From assembly GCA_002269645.1 (NCBI GenBank), contig NIVC01000573.1, positions 467,928 through 531,927 of the forward strand: a stretch of 64,000 nt of DNA, given 5' to 3'. Numbering within the stretch: position 1 is the first letter of the stretch; each line of letters opens with the position of its first letter. The position numbers were made by a program, and so were the translations under genes. This stretch comes from Macrostomum lignano (Eukaryota). The notes beneath the pieces are model-generated. The model was given only the letters and a program-made list of their open reading frames with translations. It was not told where the DNA came from and did no database searches. Below, piece by piece: positions 59,910 to 64,000 of this stretch.

Positions 59910-62900
59910 TTATTTTTTAAGTTCTTTTGGAAATGTTTCATAATATTTATCAATATCTTTTTCATATTCTAAAAATTTATTATATTCGCATTCGCAATCG
60001 GATTCACAATCACAATCATGATAATAATTATTTATTGACTCAATGTATTCTTTATATTTATTTATTATATCCTCTTTTTGTTTTTTATCATTTTGCATGT
60101 TTTTAATTTCTTCTTTTAAACCATATGGATATGTTTTAATTTATTATCTAAATACCTTTTATCATCATAAGGATTTAATGTTTTTTTATCTGTCTCGATG
60201 ACATACATTTGATGCTTATCTGAATTTAATCGATATTGTGGAGCATGGTAATTTTCAATTGTATTAAATAATCTAAAAGTACGTTTTTATAATCATCAAA
60301 TGTTATCTTTTTTACTGCTGCTCTTGATACCCCTTTTATTTTTTTTACTCTCCCTCCTGTCCTAAAACCTTAAATGCATAGCATTTTGATCTTATTGCTA
60401 TAAACTCGGTTATGATTTTGCTATTTAATTCATCTTTCATTTTAAGTACAACTTTCTTATTTTATTTGATTTTAAGGATGGTTATCAGGATAGTCGGATG
60501 TATCCAATGTATCCTGAATTGTTTCCATGTCTTTATAGACGTCTGGAGTTTCAACCTTAAATACCAAACTGTCGGTGTCTGCATATATTGGATAGTTATC
60601 TGGCCAAGTTTTATTTATAACATCATAATAATATTCATACATTACAGCTTTGCAAAATCTAAAACTACCATTCCAATAAAGATTGGTTTAAGAAATTTTG
60701 TTGTTTTATTTCTCATATGTATTCCCATAAATTCATATCAAATTTTATAAAGTCTTTAAAATTAGGTTTTGAGAAATATTTCTTTGCTTTATCAATATCC
60801 TTTTCTAAATGGAATTGGGTTCTATCTCTAATATTTTCAACCGTTTTTCCATAAAAAGCATTATTCATTAATTTCCAGTAATCTTTCTCGAAATTTGTTT
60901 TTGACATCTGTCTCTGATTTGAATTAAAGTCGATATATTTAGCTAACCACTCTTCCTCAATAAACGATATTGTTCGATGTACTTTTGTAACTTTTAGTCC
61001 CTGCTTTTCATAAAATGTAGAAGCTTATAATGCACTACATAGTTTTTCTTATCATGTAAATTTAGTATTAACTTTTTTGTTGCTAGATGTTTTGTATTAT
61101 CCGCTTTGAGGTAATCTTTTTGTGTTTGTGATAAATCGTCTTCATTAACTGAACAATGCTCTGGAGCTAGGGGATATTTATATTTTTTGCTTTTGCTTCC
61201 CGAGTATATTGCAAATCCACTTCTACGATACATCCCCTTCCTTCGGGAATGTTTTTGTAATAATCTGGATCGTCTTCCCATTGGAAATCAGCTATTGGTA
61301 ATTTTTGTTTCATACACCACCATATAAATTGTTTGCATCTAGATATAACACATATGATGATTTTTCTTTTTTATTATAATTTGGTAAATATTTATTATTT
61401 ACTTTAGTATATCTATCTCCTAGTACCCTGAGAATCCTCCTCGAATTCCTCTCTCAATCATTAACAACATATCATGATCTGTTAGTAAATCAATTTTAAC
61501 ATCTGTATATTCAAACCACATGCCCATGTTAATCCTGGTGCACTGAAACAATATGCTGGATCAATTTTAAAATTCTCATATGTATGATTCCTAAAGTTTT
61601 CAAACGCATCAGCTAATAGAGAACATCTGCTTTAAGGTATAATTATGATAATCTTTAAATGTTTTACAATTAAAATATTTCCATACTTTTTGAGCGTGTT
61701 CATAATCCGATTCGGTTATATTTGATTGTGATAATATTGAGTAAAACTTATCAATTGGGGGCAGTTGAGTATCATTAAATACCTTTTCAGATGTTACATA
61801 TTCATATGGATAGATGCCCTTGCGAGTTAATAGCATTAGTTCTTCCTCGGATAGTTTTTCCTTTTTGAATCGATTCAATAAGATTGGAAAGTTTTTCTTT
61901 ACTATTTTCTAAATCCATGGTTTTGGAACAATAATGATGAAACTACATTAGCTAAAGAGGTTGATAAGAATCTTAAGGAATCTAGAAAAACTAGATGGGA
62001 TATTTTTTTCCATATGTTATTGATATGTAATTTTCTGATGTTTTAGGTAATATATTTATTTCATATTCATCTCTACCTAAATGAAGCAATTCCTAAATGA
62101 AGAATCATATCCGGAACCATTATGAAAAAATACTGGTATTTCCTTACATCCTTTTCCTTCTTTTGCGTTACATGATCTACATGCTGCCCCGCGATATTTT
62201 CCCGTTAGATGGCAATGTTCTCGTATTATTATTCTTACTTATACCTTTTACACATAAAACAATTTGTTGCATTTTTATAATCTTCTTTATCCTTATCTGT
62301 CATATTAATATATTTTGATAACTTATCATATTGATTTTGAATAAATTCAAAAACATTTACTAATTCTTCTGCCATGTGTTTTGCGGCATCCTTACCATGG
62401 TAAGTAAACATCCTTGATTTAAATATATTATCAGCTACGGAGTGTACATATATACAATAACTATTTGGGAACTGTTGTGCTAATTTTTTTGTACATTCAC
62501 CATCAGATACTGTCGGTGGTTCTTTTAAGGGAACATTTGTTGCTTCAAAATCAGCATATATTACTATTGGTTTTTTAATTGCCATATAATGTTGTTGGAA
62601 CTTTAGGATTTGTTCTTTTTCATCGGGCATAATAACGTTAGTAAATTTGTGATCCAAACAAAACCTTTGGTGGTTTTTAAGAGCTGTTTCGTCTTTTTTA
62701 AATGTGAAACAGTTTCTACATAATAATGCCCTATTTCCATTTTCTCTTAAAAAGGAATTAATGTCCTTTATGTAAATATAATGAGTATTGTTTTCATTCT
62801 GTATGTATAATAAATCAATTTGATCTGGTGCTGTTATATCTGTTGCTGGCTTTACTAAATAACATCTTTTTTATACCATTCTTTATCAGTTATAGTTTCT

Positions 62901-63756
62901 TCTAGATCTTTTGGTTCTTCAATTGTAAACACATTAATATTTAATCCATTCTTTTTCAACCTTATATATATCATCTATAGATACTGGGTATGATATGTTT
63001 TTCATTATTATTTCATCCTCATATTGTCTATAATTAGATATTTTATTTACACGCGATTTTAACTGTTTGTGATATTTGTGATATTTATGAATTAATAAAC
63101 ACCATAATAAACACCTATCATCCTTATTATCAGGATTTATTATCATTGGTGATTTAAATCCAGGATCCATGTGTGATCGTCCTCTAAGAATTTCAATTGG
63201 AACTATCTTTACTATTGCTGAGTTACAAGATATAAAAATGAATCCTGATCCGTTTTCTGTCATTTTATCTATCCATTCATCAAACTCAGCTTCTATTTGA
63301 TTAAATATGATTGTCGTAATTTCTCATTGATAGGAGTGTCTTTATATGATTCTTGTGAAAAGGTATTTATTACTTCAATTTCTGAATTTGCATTAATCAT
63401 ACTTGGTTTTTTTAAATTCTGTTTCAATTTCTATTTTATACTTAATTGGCTGTCGTTTGTTATTAGGTTTCATAGTATAATTATCTAATGTGATCTTTAA
63501 TTTTTTTTTCATTTGTTTAAAATATTCTTTTATAATCTGTATTTATATCAATATCTATATTGATTACTTCAGCTCCATTTTGTCTTATTGGTTGAGGATT
63601 ATCAATATCATTTAATTGTCTTTCTAAACGTATTTCATTTTCTGCTCTAACTCTAGCTTCTATTTCAGCCCTATCGGCAATTCGTTGTGCTTCGATTTGA
63701 GCTATTAATTGTGCTCTAAGTTCTGGGTTGTCGATTTGAGCTAAAATTGCTTCCAT
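59910..63756 (-). pseudogene. pPolB: Protein-primed family B DNA polymerase with embedded endonuclease VII-like zinc domain, broken into at least 8 fragments
   Basis: IYADFE (exonuclease), EHCHLTGKYRGAACRSCN (about 62166-62224), FHNGSGYD, LTRKGIYPYEY, YLDANNLYG (motif A), KLMNNAFYGK (motif B), YADTDS (motif C), LNPYDDKRY. Many of the breaks I traced fall in homopolymer runs. Confidence 0.93.
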
Positions 63757-63782
63757 TTTATAGAATAAAATTTATACAATAT

Positions 63783-64000
63783 TTATTCGTAATCTGCTTT
63801 CGGTAACAGTAACCCACTACCCATAACATTTGCATTTAAGAAAAATTCCTGAACCTGCTTTCGGTCTCATTTCGAGATATATAACCCACTTCCATCATGC
63901 TTTTCAATTATGTTAAAATCTTTTTCCTAATTTAGTAAAAATCTTCTGAACTGCTGGCCTAAAATTAGCCCCAATATTGTCAAAAAAATCCTTTAGCTTT
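63783..64000 (-). pseudogene. 3' end of a Polinton core-like protein with repeated GSG motifs (truncated by the window, frameshifted)
   Basis: HDGSGLY, AGSGIFL, MGSGLLLPKADYE* read across frames. Confidence 0.45.

Larger units (their letters stand above)
48060..64000. mobile_element. Polinton/Maverick (adintovirus-like) endogenous DNA virus, left end present, right end outside the window
   Basis: Begins AGTAGTAGG (Polinton-type AG/AGT terminus); abrupt switch to AT-rich, gene-dense sequence free of spliceosomal introns; hallmark genes integrase, pPolB, ATPase, protease, MCP, penton; nearly all ORFs start in an AAAAATG context. Confidence 0.96.

Overview
Animal (invertebrate) nuclear DNA with GC-rich exons and minisatellite-filled introns; Macrostomum-like flatworm is my guess, not verifiable here. 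Bases 1-48 kb are host sequence: a 9-kb 32-bp satellite, a Mutator/foldback-type non-autonomous transposon, an inverted pair of Penelope-type hammerhead repeats, and five host genes (synaptobrevin/VAMP, TP53RK/Bud32, XPNPEP1, HSD17B7, an intronless glycosyltransferase). From about 48060 to the window end lies an AT-rich Polinton/Maverick (adintovirus-like) endogenous virus. It carries PLA2-integrase, major and minor capsid proteins, packaging ATPase, adenain protease, a fibre-like protein and a frameshifted protein-primed PolB; its right end is outside the window. Main discovery: the PLA2-integrase gene is split by a 303-nt Tetrahymena-like (IC1) group I intron (50123-50425, minus strand). It is inserted exactly inside the GGT^CC of the Gly-Pro codons of the PLA2 YxGPG loop. 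The gene immediately upstream encodes an Eco47II-like nuclease (Eco47II recognises GGNCC), and by manual scan the visible 16 kb of the element contains no GGNCC site. Together these suggest a methylase-free restriction, self-immunity and collaborative-homing system in an animal virus. The nuclease family and specificity are inferred and need HMM and biochemical confirmation.
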